Virus record (IMG/VR): IMGVR_UViG_3300014205_000186
Span: 1-64,000 of that record
Origin: a virus
Lineage: Duplodnaviria > Heunggongvirae > Uroviricota > Caudoviricetes
Reading direction: 5' to 3' (one strand)
Length of the DNA stretch: 64,000 nt
The stretch's first letter is position 1, and each line of letters starts with the position of its first letter. Positions 1 through 9,187 of this stretch are shown here, piece by piece. The position numbers and the translations under genes were made by a program. The notes under the pieces were generated by a model. The model made no database searches. It worked only from the letters and a program-made list of their open reading frames with translations, and had not been told where the DNA came from.

Positions 1-2
1 AA

Positions 3-131
3 GGATGGAATGAGAAAGTTCTACCAATAAGTCCTGATCCAGCCCTGGTAGTTAAATGGACTAAAAATTCAAACTGGAAGTGTTTAGCTATTTGGGGTCA
101 CGATGGTCCACTTATTGAGGAATTTGTGTAG
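3..131 (+). CDS. 3' end of a gene that begins upstream of the window (hypothetical protein)
   Basis: Open frame runs from the window edge to TAG at 129-131 in the same orientation as downstream genes. Confidence 0.3.
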   Translation, partial: GWNEKVLPISPDPALVVKWTKNSNWKCLAIWGHDGPLIEEFV

Positions 132-245
132 TGGGTGATAAAATTAAATATATTACTAATCTTATCTCTTTAGAAATAGAAAGACAAGATCATAATTTAC
201 AAAAGAAGAAAGATATCAATCGGCAAACTATTAGAAAGTTATTAA

Positions 246-434
246 ATGACTAATATAGAAAAAGAAGCTATGTTAAAAATATTTCCTGGTATTAATGAAG
301 ACAGTCAATGTTTTATTAAACCAGTAAAATCTAATGTAGATAGGTTTGGTTTATATTATAATGAAATTTGCATAGCTATTTTATCTAAAGACATGGAAAA
401 AGAATATAAAGATTATATAGAGAGTAAAAAATGA
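246..434 (+). CDS. hypothetical small protein
   Basis: 62-aa ORF; its stop overlaps the start of the next gene (ATGA). Confidence 0.4.
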   Translation: MTNIEKEAMLKIFPGINEDSQCFIKPVKSNVDRFGLYYNEICIAILSKDMEKEYKDYIESKK

Positions 435-1468
435 ATTATAAAGAAATACTAGAAAACGTACTTAAGAACGGTCAACCAAAACAAGCTGTTAGATTTGATT
501 CTAGTGGTAATCCTATTCCTGTTTCAAATGGTACAATAGGAACTTTTTGTGAAATATTCAGACACGATATGTCACAGGGGTTTCCTTTATCTACTTTACG
601 AAGATTACCTTATAAGTCAACTTGGGTAGAACTTGAAGGATTTATTAAGGGTATTACTGATAAGAAATGGTATAAGGAAAGGAATTGTCACTTTTGGGAT
701 GAATGGGCAAATCCAGTCAGAGTGAAAGAAAATCTAAAAAACGGTATTTATTTTAATGAAGATGACGGTTCTTGGCTTTCTACAAAAGAGATAGAATTAC
801 AGGTTCAATCAAGAACAAATGATCTTGGGCCTATTTATGGATATCAATGGAGAAATTTTGGAGAGCAATACGGGGAAGTTAATTGTGAACCGTTTATTGA
901 AGGTGGCTGTTGTCCCGCTACTGGAGAATATCAATCAATATATACTAATATAAATGGTATTGGATATTTTGGTCCGGATAATGGTTTTGATCAATTAAAA
1001 ACTATTGTAGATCGCCTTAAAACCAATCCATATGATCGTAGAATGTTATGCTCTGCTTGGAATCCTAATCAATTACATTTAATGGGACTTCCAGCTTGTC
1101 ATTATTCTTGGGGAGTTGTTGTTTACGGGAATAAATTAAATTTAAGTTGGAACCAGCGGAGTTGTGATCTTATACTTGGGGTTCCTCAAAATATAACTTC
1201 ATATGCTACTTTACAATTATTGCTATGTAAAGAATCTGGATTAGAACCAGGAGAATTAGTTGGTAAACTTGAAGACTGTCATATTTATGAAAATTTATTA
1301 CCTAAAGCTAAAGAGTTAGCTGAAAGAGAAGAAAACGAATTACCTACTGTAGAAATTCTTTCTAAAAAAGATGGAAGCTTTTCAATTTTTGATTGGGAAT
1401 ATACAGATATTAAACTTGACAATTATCAACATCAAGGTAAAATGGACATGGGATCGGTGACAGTATGA
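431..1468 (+). CDS. thyA: thymidylate synthase (ThyA family; possibly a dUMP hydroxymethylase-type homolog)
   Basis: ThyA motifs FPLSTLRR, DLGPIYGYQWR, LPACH (active-site Cys), RSCDLILGVPQNITSY with Asn as in dUMP-specific enzymes; long insertion between the YGxQWR motif and the folate-binding segment. Confidence 0.8.
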   Translation: MNYKEILENVLKNGQPKQAVRFDSSGNPIPVSNGTIGTFCEIFRHDMSQGFPLSTLRRLPYKSTWVELEGFIKGITDKKWYKERNCHFWDEWANPVRVKENLKNGIYFNEDDGSWLSTKEIELQVQSRTNDLGPIYGYQWRNFGEQYGEVNCEPFIEGGCCPATGEYQSIYTNINGIGYFGPDNGFDQLKTIVDRLKTNPYDRRMLCSAWNPNQLHLMGLPACHYSWGVVVYGNKLNLSWNQRSCDLILGVPQNITSYATLQLLLCKESGLEPGELVGKLEDCHIYENLLPKAKELAEREENELPTVEILSKKDGSFSIFDWEYTDIKLDNYQHQGKMDMGSVTV

Positions 1469-1884
1469 ATAAGTTTACACAGCATATACCTAATTATGTA
1501 GATACTTGTAGTAAATTACGTTTTGAGTTTACAGATCTTAAAGATCTTTGCGATAAGCTAAGCTTAGATAAAACAGAATTAGTTTATAATAATAACGCTA
1601 TAATGAGAATTTCTAAAGATGAAAAAGAATGGTATGTTTTAGGTTATACTAAAGAGAAAGTTGAGGGTATTCCTAAATGGCGTGGGGTAACACATAACGT
1701 AATAGAAATAGATAGCGTTCATGGTTATGGTAAAGAAGATTTCCAATATAAAAAGATTGGACAACCATTTCAAATTAGGGGCGATGAAATAGAATGGTAT
1801 TCGCATTGTAAAAATACTATTATAGGTGAATTAAAAGATGGTAGATGTTTTATAGGATTATTAGAATTTGAAAAAACTACTTGA
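1465..1884 (+). CDS. hypothetical protein
   Basis: 139-aa ORF, translationally coupled to neighbours. Confidence 0.5.
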   Translation: MNKFTQHIPNYVDTCSKLRFEFTDLKDLCDKLSLDKTELVYNNNAIMRISKDEKEWYVLGYTKEKVEGIPKWRGVTHNVIEIDSVHGYGKEDFQYKKIGQPFQIRGDEIEWYSHCKNTIIGELKDGRCFIGLLEFEKTT

Positions 1885-2110
1885 ACGAAAAATGGCAGAT
1901 TGTCAAATGCTTATTAATTTCTTTTCTAATATTCTACAATCAGATTGTGAAGAATTAAGAGAATGTGTAAGAGAAGATCTTGGTTATGAAAAATTTGAAG
2001 ATATTGATAAAGGTATAATGTTTTCAGATGATGCTAGAAACATTTATTGGAAATTAAATAGTCCTCATTCAAAAACTAGAAATTGGTTAATAGCAAGGAA
2101 TTGTAAATGA
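1868..2110 (+). CDS. hypothetical protein
   Basis: 80-aa ORF in an operon-like array. Confidence 0.4.
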   Translation: MKKLLERKMADCQMLINFFSNILQSDCEELRECVREDLGYEKFEDIDKGIMFSDDARNIYWKLNSPHSKTRNWLIARNCK

Positions 2111-2322
2111 ATATTACAGTAACAAATAAAAATGATGAAGTTCTTGGCGTTGGAGACGAAGTAGAATTTAAGGGTCAAGACTCCTATTTTAAGGGTACTA
2201 TTGTTAGTATCTTTACTAAGTTAGATGGTAAATCTGTAAGGTGTGTCGTTCAAGACGAAAGGGGATTACTTCTAATAAAACTACCGTCAAGTGCAATATT
2301 GATTAAAAATGAATCCGTATAA
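2107..2322 (+). CDS. hypothetical protein
   Basis: 71-aa ORF. Confidence 0.4.
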   Translation: MNITVTNKNDEVLGVGDEVEFKGQDSYFKGTIVSIFTKLDGKSVRCVVQDERGLLLIKLPSSAILIKNESV

Positions 2323-2472
2323 TTTTATAAAAGATTTTGATAATTGGTGGTATTGGCAAGTTTGTGTAATATATTGGAAAACCAGTGAATCTTGGGCTAC
2401 AGTAGTTGTTGCTAATAAAGAAAATTGGAAACCAGTTATTGATCCTTCTAGTGGAGGCTTAGTAAGAATTAA

Positions 2473-2652
2473 AAATGTGTAATAAAATAATTCGAAGAAA
2501 AACAGAAAAAACAGCTTGGTGTAGAGGTTGCCGTAAAGAAATGCAAAAAGGAACAGACATTGTTAATATACCAAGTTATGCAATTTTACTATGTTTAGAT
2601 TGTGCTAGATTAGTTGGAAATTTGTCTATTGATAATGAGAAAGATAATGAAT
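2473..2652 (+). CDS. small zinc-ribbon protein (CxxC...CxxC)
   Basis: 59-aa ORF MCNKIIRRKTEKTAWCRGC...LCLDCARL, below the ORF-track length cutoff. Confidence 0.3.
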
Positions 2653-2844
2653 AGCATGTTTACCTTATCAGAAGAACAAAATGAAAAAATAAAAGATTTT
2701 ATAGATAAAAATGTAAAATATTCTGGGGCTATTGGTGGACAATTTACTTGGAGTTTTACACCAACCAGTTTGGGAACGATTATTAAAATTACTGATCATA
2801 TTTCAAAAGAAGTTTTAGATGTTTCAAATTATGACGAATGGTAA
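2614..2844 (+). CDS. hypothetical protein
   Basis: 76-aa ORF. Confidence 0.35.
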   Translation: MEICLLIMRKIMNSMFTLSEEQNEKIKDFIDKNVKYSGAIGGQFTWSFTPTSLGTIIKITDHISKEVLDVSNYDEW

Positions 2845-3112
2845 TAATATTAGTAAAATCAGATATATTGTAGCTACACCAGACATAACACACTTTTATA
2901 AAATAACAGATTGGGAATCTGATATGACCGGATATGGCGGTAGTACAAGTACAGAATATGATTATAATCTTGTAGATGATATTAATTATGCTAGTATTTT
3001 TGATTATGATCCAACCCCTATAATGCAAAGATATGATAAGAAGTATTGGAAGCCCTTTATTGTTTTAAGGGTTGAAGAAACTATTACTAGAAAAATCTAC
3101 GAAACATACTAA
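2819..3112 (+). CDS. hypothetical protein
   Basis: 97-aa ORF. Confidence 0.4.
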   Translation: MFQIMTNGNNISKIRYIVATPDITHFYKITDWESDMTGYGGSTSTEYDYNLVDDINYASIFDYDPTPIMQRYDKKYWKPFIVLRVEETITRKIYETY

Positions 3113-3769
3113 ATGAACTATAAAATCATTCAAGACGAAGAAGAACTACTTAAGTTTATTAGTTGGCTTCCAAATAACACTGATCAACAAAAGTATTACA
3201 TTTCTTTAATGGCTCGCAAGAAGTATAACCCTATTATTCCTTCTGATAAGCAGTGCTTAAAAAGGGTAGTAAGTAATAAAAAAGATATTCTTTCTAAACT
3301 TGATCAGATGGAAACCAAGTTAGGAACTTACTGGATTAATACTGTTGAGGTTCCTAATGATGCTTTAGTAGTCTATATTTCAATAAATCCTAGAGACATA
3401 AGAAAAGCAGCTTTTAATACTGCTATTACTCTTATGAGGAAAATTGAGCAAGGATTAAGTCCAAATCCAAAATCTGTTGCCTTAGATGAAATTCAAAAAG
3501 CTGAAACAAGAAGATTTGTAACTTTCGATATAGATTCTAAAGAAGAGTTTCAAAAGAATAAATATAATTTAGTTGACATTCTTGGGTATGTAGGGTACAA
3601 TTACATAGAAACCAATGGTGGTTATCATTTAATAGTTGATCCTTCACAATGCGAAAAGAAAAGTTGGTATCAAGATTTACTAAAAACTTTTAAAGTTGAT
3701 CAAAAAGGCGACCTGTTATCAGCAATCCCTGGTTGTATTCAAGGTAATTTTATCCCGAGGTTTACATGA
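3113..3769 (+). CDS. hypothetical protein
   Basis: 218-aa ORF. Confidence 0.5.
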   Translation: MNYKIIQDEEELLKFISWLPNNTDQQKYYISLMARKKYNPIIPSDKQCLKRVVSNKKDILSKLDQMETKLGTYWINTVEVPNDALVVYISINPRDIRKAAFNTAITLMRKIEQGLSPNPKSVALDEIQKAETRRFVTFDIDSKEEFQKNKYNLVDILGYVGYNYIETNGGYHLIVDPSQCEKKSWYQDLLKTFKVDQKGDLLSAIPGCIQGNFIPRFT

Positions 3770-4137
3770 CATTAGAAGAAAAAATACAATTTATTATTGA
3801 TAATGATGGTTCTGAGCCAGGAGAATATTTTTATGGATTACAAAGATTTTTAGAAGCCGTTAGTCATGAAGATAAAGATTTCTTCAAGGCTCTACAGCCA
3901 ATAGTAGATCATTGGTATCAACTTCTTAAAGAAGATATCGAAAAAGAAAGATTATATAATTTATATCATTTTGAAGATTTACCAGATAATTGTCTTATTT
4001 ATACAGAAGAATCTCCAGAATTATTAATAAAGGTTATGGATAAACTGTTTAATCAATTGGGGCAAAATGTTCCTTTTCATCATAAACAACAATTTTTAAT
4101 CCATACTAATATTTATGCAAAAAATACATCAAAATGA
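3766..4137 (+). CDS. hypothetical protein
   Basis: 123-aa ORF, start overlaps preceding stop. Confidence 0.5.
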   Translation: MTLEEKIQFIIDNDGSEPGEYFYGLQRFLEAVSHEDKDFFKALQPIVDHWYQLLKEDIEKERLYNLYHFEDLPDNCLIYTEESPELLIKVMDKLFNQLGQNVPFHHKQQFLIHTNIYAKNTSK

Positions 4138-4148
4138 GGAACAAATAA

Positions 4149-4538
4149 ATGTTAAGAAGAAGTTTTACAGGGTTTTTATGTAGTTTACCATTTTTAGGAT
4201 TTACTAAAAAAGAAAATTGTACAATTGAAAGTATAAATAAAAAAATAAAAAATATTCATCTTTTAAAATATGATTTTTCAAAGGGTGGAAATAATGAAAT
4301 TAGAGTTTTTTCACAAGAAGATAAACAAGGAAAATTAGATATTTGGTTTATTGGTGATAAATCTGGGATGATCCCGCACAACTTTACTGTTTTTGTTAAA
4401 AATAGTTTATTTCCTAAAAATTTTCAACCTATGAATATTGGTAAATTAATAAAAGAACAAAATCCAAAAACTAAAATTTTAGTAAGACTAATTAAAGATT
4501 CTTCCACGAAAATTCAATATGATTTTATAGAGGTTTAA
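4149..4538 (+). CDS. hypothetical protein with hydrophobic N-terminus
   Basis: 129-aa ORF. Confidence 0.45.
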   Translation: MLRRSFTGFLCSLPFLGFTKKENCTIESINKKIKNIHLLKYDFSKGGNNEIRVFSQEDKQGKLDIWFIGDKSGMIPHNFTVFVKNSLFPKNFQPMNIGKLIKEQNPKTKILVRLIKDSSTKIQYDFIEV

Positions 4539-4808
4539 ATGATTATATTAAAACTAGTAGCATCAAGCTTAATGCTTTTATGTACAATTTTTGTTACAAG
4601 TATGTATTATACCGCTATTCAACCAGAGGTTTATACAAATCTAACTTTAGAGCAGTTTAAGAATCCGAATATTCAAACCGACACATCTTTAAGATTGCTA
4701 TCTGGAGTTGATTATTATTTAGCGTTACCATTTGTTGTTTGGTTTTTAGTTACTTTGTTTATTTTTAAGAAGGAATTTGTTAATTTATGTACAAGATTAT
4801 CCAAGTAG
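4539..4808 (+). CDS. small membrane protein
   Basis: 89 aa with two predicted TM helices. Confidence 0.4.
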   Translation: MIILKLVASSLMLLCTIFVTSMYYTAIQPEVYTNLTLEQFKNPNIQTDTSLRLLSGVDYYLALPFVVWFLVTLFIFKKEFVNLCTRLSK

Positions 4809-5881
4809 TAGTTGTTGGGCTATGTTTTTCTGGTTTAGGTTGTATCCGACCGTTTCATGAACCTCTTTTAGTAGATATTAATACTTCAGAAGTTGCTGTA
4901 TTAGTCGAAACAGTGAACGATAATGGTCAAGCTGTTATTGCTCCAAAAGATAAAGAAAATGAATCAGAATCAGACTTTTATGAAAACCGAGTGGTAAATG
5001 CTCGTAAAGTTGAAATTCCATATTATTGGAAGAGAACTAGTAGAGTTTGGATGTGGGATTCTTCAACTAATGGTAAATGGACTCCTGCGGCAAGATTAAT
5101 TATTATTGATACTCAACCAGAAACTAGAGAATGGAGTAATACCACAAAGAATCCTATTTGGGTAGAATCAAATGACTCTGTTGGGTTTAGTACCGGAATT
5201 AGTATTTCTGCAAGAATTCAAGATAGAGACGCTGCAATTAAGTTTCTTTCTAATTATCCTCCAAAAGATAATCGAGTAACAGAAACTCAAGGTGGTGATC
5301 CTTTTACTACAGAAGTAACATCCTTAAAGCAAATTATGGATCAAGAGGTTAGAACTAAGATTCAAGAAGTATTCTCTTATGAAGCTGCGGCTTATAATAT
5401 GGATGATCTTAGATCTAAGAAACAAGAAATTATGAATAAGATTAAGGAAGTAGTTATTCCATACTTTGTTGAAAGAGGTATAACAATTACCACGATTGGT
5501 CAATTTGGTGGTTTTGAATACGAAAACCCAGATATTCAAATAGCAATTAATAAAGTGTTTACTGCTCAACAAGATGAAGAAGTAGCTATTGCAGAATCTA
5601 AAGCAGCAGAACAACGTAAGGTTGCTATGAAATTAACTGGTGAAGGTGAAGCGGCTAAGATTTTAGAATCTCGAAAGGGTGAAGCTGAAGGTATTAAGTT
5701 AGTAGCTGACGCTAAGGCTTACGAATTAGAAAAGCTTAATCAAAATCCAGAAGCTTACTTAGCTCTTAAGGAATTAGAAGTCAAGAAGGCTGAAATTGAA
5801 AAGTGGAGTGGAATATTACCAACAATGATGTTTGGCGAATCTCCTATGATGATGCTTGATGTAAAAACTACTGAAAAGTAA
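4787..5881 (+). CDS. SPFH/band-7 (stomatin/prohibitin/HflC-like) membrane protein
   Basis: N-terminal TM helix; C-terminal SPFH-like segment ...ERGITITTIGQFGGFEYENPDIQIAINKVFTAQQDEEVAIAESKAAEQRKVAMKLTGEGEAAKI... with Ala/Glu-rich coiled coil. Confidence 0.65.
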   Translation: MYKIIQVVVVGLCFSGLGCIRPFHEPLLVDINTSEVAVLVETVNDNGQAVIAPKDKENESESDFYENRVVNARKVEIPYYWKRTSRVWMWDSSTNGKWTPAARLIIIDTQPETREWSNTTKNPIWVESNDSVGFSTGISISARIQDRDAAIKFLSNYPPKDNRVTETQGGDPFTTEVTSLKQIMDQEVRTKIQEVFSYEAAAYNMDDLRSKKQEIMNKIKEVVIPYFVERGITITTIGQFGGFEYENPDIQIAINKVFTAQQDEEVAIAESKAAEQRKVAMKLTGEGEAAKILESRKGEAEGIKLVADAKAYELEKLNQNPEAYLALKELEVKKAEIEKWSGILPTMMFGESPMMMLDVKTTEK

Positions 5882-6070
5882 TTTTTTGAGAGGTATTCCT
5901 ACCGTCTGCTATGGCCACAGATGACTATAAATAAGGTAGGAGATTGTCGAGACGGTTCAATTCCTCTACTTCTCACTTTGCGACATTAATATAATGGTAT
6001 TATTTCTAATTTCCAATTAGACTACAAGAGTCCGATTCTCTTATGTCGCACTACTTTAACAGGAGTTTTT
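5882..6070. other. GC-richer structured intergenic region (possible sRNA or regulatory RNA)
   Basis: Inverted repeats ACCGTCT/AGACGGT, CCTACC/GGTAGG, GCGACAT...ATGTCGC and AGAG/CTCT; T-loop-like GGTTCAATTCC; local GC rise inside an AT-rich genome. Confidence 0.3.
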
Positions 6071-6451
6071 ATGATTAGTATAATGTTTTTTGTTTTATGT
6101 TTAATCTGTGCGATTTTTATTTTCACGTTTCTTTCCATAGGTTACGACCTAACTAATTTTGCGGCCTTGGTTATGCTTATTGTTTCGTCACTTTTAATAG
6201 GTTATATAGTATGTGCTTGGAGGAATCACCCTTCTCCAATAAAAGTTACAGAAGAGAAAGTTGTTATTCTTAATAATAAAGCTATTACAGAAACCTGTTT
6301 AGAACTTAATAAAGAAATTGGTAAAAACCTAACGGGTGGACAAGTTGTATATAGAATAGAACAATTGCCATATTGGCATAGAGGTCTTTATTGGTTTAGT
6401 GAAAATCCAACATCGTATTCTTTGGAAAACCCAATTAAGGAATCTCAATGA
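6071..6451 (+). CDS. membrane protein, LPYWHRG-family paralog 1
   Basis: 2 TM helices; conserved C-terminus VVYRIEQLPYWHRGLYW shared with the ORF at 7209-7577. Confidence 0.5.
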   Translation: MISIMFFVLCLICAIFIFTFLSIGYDLTNFAALVMLIVSSLLIGYIVCAWRNHPSPIKVTEEKVVILNNKAITETCLELNKEIGKNLTGGQVVYRIEQLPYWHRGLYWFSENPTSYSLENPIKESQ

Positions 6452-6810
6452 GAATAATAGATGCTGGACACATGTATTCTTTAGATACTTATGATAGTGA
6501 TACTAAAGATAAGCAAGTAATAACGTTTATGAAAAGATATGGAGATAATTTTCCATTTAATCAAAATTCATATCCAGGAACAAACTGTCAAGAAGTTCTT
6601 AGAGTCCTAATTGATAGATGTGAATACCTATACAAACAAAAACCTTGCCTAGAAACAGAATCTATAATTGGACTATTAAAGACCTCTCTGTTATTATTTG
6701 AGAGTAGAGCGGCAAGGTTACATGGTTTAGCTTTAAATTTAGATAACAACACCTTAAACGATACTTGTAAAACCTGTGGCCATGTAGTTTGTGAGCATAA
6801 AAATGATTAA
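6448..6810 (+). CDS. hypothetical protein (C-terminal CxxC...CEH)
   Basis: 120-aa ORF. Confidence 0.45.
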   Translation: MRIIDAGHMYSLDTYDSDTKDKQVITFMKRYGDNFPFNQNSYPGTNCQEVLRVLIDRCEYLYKQKPCLETESIIGLLKTSLLLFESRAARLHGLALNLDNNTLNDTCKTCGHVVCEHKND

Positions 6811-6994
6811 ATTAATGTTCAGATGGTTCTTTTTAAGTATAGCTTTTATTTTTAATTTTATTTTTAGTCTTTTAGTACTGGTAATATTTTTACCAGTAGT
6901 TATTATTTTAATTCTCATCCAATGGTCTTTTTCAGATTTATCTTTTGTAGAAACGGTTAATAAAATTGAAAAAGAAGGAAGGTTTGACTTATGA
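6791..6994 (+). CDS. small membrane protein
   Basis: 67 aa, strongly hydrophobic. Confidence 0.4.
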   Translation: MSIKMIKLMFRWFFLSIAFIFNFIFSLLVLVIFLPVVIILILIQWSFSDLSFVETVNKIEKEGRFDL

Positions 6995-7206
6995 AGTTTT
7001 TAATGTTTCTGCTTCTATTAATGGTTTGCCCAGAATATATTATGATCGGAGTAGCTGTTGCCGCAATCTTTGAAGAAGAGGTTGATAATCTATATCCAAA
7101 TTGGTTTTCTAGTCCTAGTTTTTGGACCTACTTAAATAAGTTTGCTAGATTAATAATGCTTTGGCCGGTTACTTTAATTAAATTATCAGAAAAGATTAAG
7201 GTTTAG
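6991..7206 (+). CDS. small membrane protein
   Basis: 71 aa, hydrophobic. Confidence 0.4.
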   Translation: MKFLMFLLLLMVCPEYIMIGVAVAAIFEEEVDNLYPNWFSSPSFWTYLNKFARLIMLWPVTLIKLSEKIKV

Positions 7207-7208
7207 TT

Positions 7209-7577
7209 ATGATTAGTGCATGGGTTATTATTTTAGGTGTTATCTCAACTATTTCAGCAATATTAACTATAATACTTCTTTTACAAATGCGTAAAGAAAT
7301 GCTAATATCTTTTATAGTATTCCTTATAGCATTTCCATACTTAATCTTTATTAATCTTGATCATCCTGTAAAAATAGAAGTTTCTGAAGAAAAGGTTTTT
7401 ATAATTAGTAATAGAGCAGTAACAGAAAACTGTACTAGTATTAATAGCTTTTTTAATAAAAACTTTAAGGACGGCGACACTGTTTACAGAGTTGAAAAAC
7501 TTCCTTATTGGCATCGCGGAGCTTATTGGGTTCCAGAACATAAAATTACTTATTCTTTAGAAGACCCAAGGAAATAA
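7209..7577 (+). CDS. membrane protein, LPYWHRG-family paralog 2
   Basis: TM N-terminus; C-terminus TVYRVEKLPYWHRGAYW paralogous to 6071-6451. Confidence 0.5.
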   Translation: MISAWVIILGVISTISAILTIILLLQMRKEMLISFIVFLIAFPYLIFINLDHPVKIEVSEEKVFIISNRAVTENCTSINSFFNKNFKDGDTVYRVEKLPYWHRGAYWVPEHKITYSLEDPRK

Positions 7578-7578
7578 A

Positions 7579-8178
7579 ATGAAAGTTTACTTAGGACCAT
7601 ATAAAGACTGGTTTGGACCGTATCAATTAGCTGATTTCCTACAGTATGTTGGATTTTCAGAAGAAACCTGTCACAAAATTGGTGAAAGGCTTTCTAAAAC
7701 GTTTATAAATGATATTTGTGAATGGGTTAATTCTAAGAAAAAAAGAAAAGTTAAAGTTAAGATTCATGATTATGATACTTGGAATCTAGATCATACATTA
7801 TCTTTAATAATTTTACCAGCACTTCTTAAACTAAAAGAAGATAAAAGCGGTGTTCCGAATGTTTATAATGAAGATGTTCCAGATGATTTAAAATCTGATA
7901 GTGATGATTTTGAGAGCCTGAAAAGAAAATGGGACTATGTTTTAGATGAAATCATTTTTGCTTTTAATTCTCAAGAAGACGATTGGGAATCTCAATTTTG
8001 TTCTGGTGAAATAGATTTTTGCTTTGAAAAAATTAAAGGTAATGAAAAGTTTTTAGAATTAAAACATGGTAAGAATGATACTTTTAAAATAGACTTTGAA
8101 GGTAGAAGCTTATATCAAAAAAGAATAACTAATGGATTTATATTATTTGGAAAGTATTACGAAGCCTTATGGACTTAA
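7579..8178 (+). CDS. hypothetical protein
   Basis: 199-aa ORF. Confidence 0.5.
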   Translation: MKVYLGPYKDWFGPYQLADFLQYVGFSEETCHKIGERLSKTFINDICEWVNSKKKRKVKVKIHDYDTWNLDHTLSLIILPALLKLKEDKSGVPNVYNEDVPDDLKSDSDDFESLKRKWDYVLDEIIFAFNSQEDDWESQFCSGEIDFCFEKIKGNEKFLELKHGKNDTFKIDFEGRSLYQKRITNGFILFGKYYEALWT

Positions 8179-8294
8179 AAATTAATCCTTTTGAACCACC
8201 CAATACAGAAGGATCAGAATCTGATTATTCAGTATTAGTAGCTGTAAGTCTAGCTATTATAATAGGTGTTTTTATAATTATTTCAGGATAAAAT

Positions 8295-9041
8295 ATGTGG
8301 ATTATACAAGAAAAATTTTGCAATGACGAAAAACCTCTAATAAAAGCCTTAAAGGATAATCATATTAACTGTATGATTTCAAATACTTGGGCTGTTTGTG
8401 ATCCTAAAAAGGTAATCCTAAGAGGTTCCATAGACTTTATTCAACTGTTTGAAAAGGGTAATAATAAAAAGTTTGGTTTAACCCTTGAAAATTACGACTG
8501 TTCAAATTATTATCAGTATTTTACTTGCAGAATGCTTAATAAAGATTATATTATATTACCGTGGTGGAAGCTTAAACAACCAGAATTAATTTTTAAAGCC
8601 TTTCCAGACACGGAGAGGTTTTTTATTAGACCGAACAGTGGACGAAAGATATTCACTGGAACTACCCTGTCTAAAAAATGGTGGACTAAAGAATTAGATA
8701 TTATTCAAAGTCTTCCAAATTCTAGTATTAAACCTAATGATTTAATCTTAATCTCTTCTGAAAAAGAAATATTAGCTGAATATCGTTTAATAATGATTAA
8801 AGATAAACTAATAGATTACTCTAGATATCTTGGAGAATATCAAAGAGACGAAGAATTAGCTGTTTATTTTTGGTCTAAAAGTATTGATTATTTTCCGGAC
8901 TCGGTTTATACTATGGATATTGCCGTAACAAAAGACTCTTTCAAGCTTTTAGAGTTAAATAGTTTTGTCTCTGCTGGATTATATGATGTTGATTATAATA
9001 AAGTTGTAAGGGAAATAAATGATTATATTACGAATATTTAA
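8295..9041 (+). CDS. hypothetical protein (weak ATP-grasp-like C-terminus)
   Basis: 248-aa ORF; ...LLELNSFVSAGLYDVD... only loosely resembles ATP-grasp motifs. Confidence 0.4.
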   Translation: MWIIQEKFCNDEKPLIKALKDNHINCMISNTWAVCDPKKVILRGSIDFIQLFEKGNNKKFGLTLENYDCSNYYQYFTCRMLNKDYIILPWWKLKQPELIFKAFPDTERFFIRPNSGRKIFTGTTLSKKWWTKELDIIQSLPNSSIKPNDLILISSEKEILAEYRLIMIKDKLIDYSRYLGEYQRDEELAVYFWSKSIDYFPDSVYTMDIAVTKDSFKLLELNSFVSAGLYDVDYNKVVREINDYITNI

Positions 9042-9187
9042 ATTATTAATAATTTTATTTATGTGTCTACTTTGTTATAACATGATAGTAGAACTATTAA
9101 TATGTAATTTAAAGTTTGGTACAGCTTTAGCAGCTATTCTATTTACATTTGGTGGTTTTTTAGGTTGTATTCAAGAGATTATAAATA

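Noticed and set aside
5882-6070. tRNA in the SPFH downstream spacer (T-loop-like GGTTCAATTCC)
   Set aside because: No acceptor, D- or anticodon arms could be assembled on either strand around the motif.
8295-9041. ATP-grasp enzyme assignment
   Set aside because: Only one weak C-terminal motif; no recognisable ATP-binding loops.
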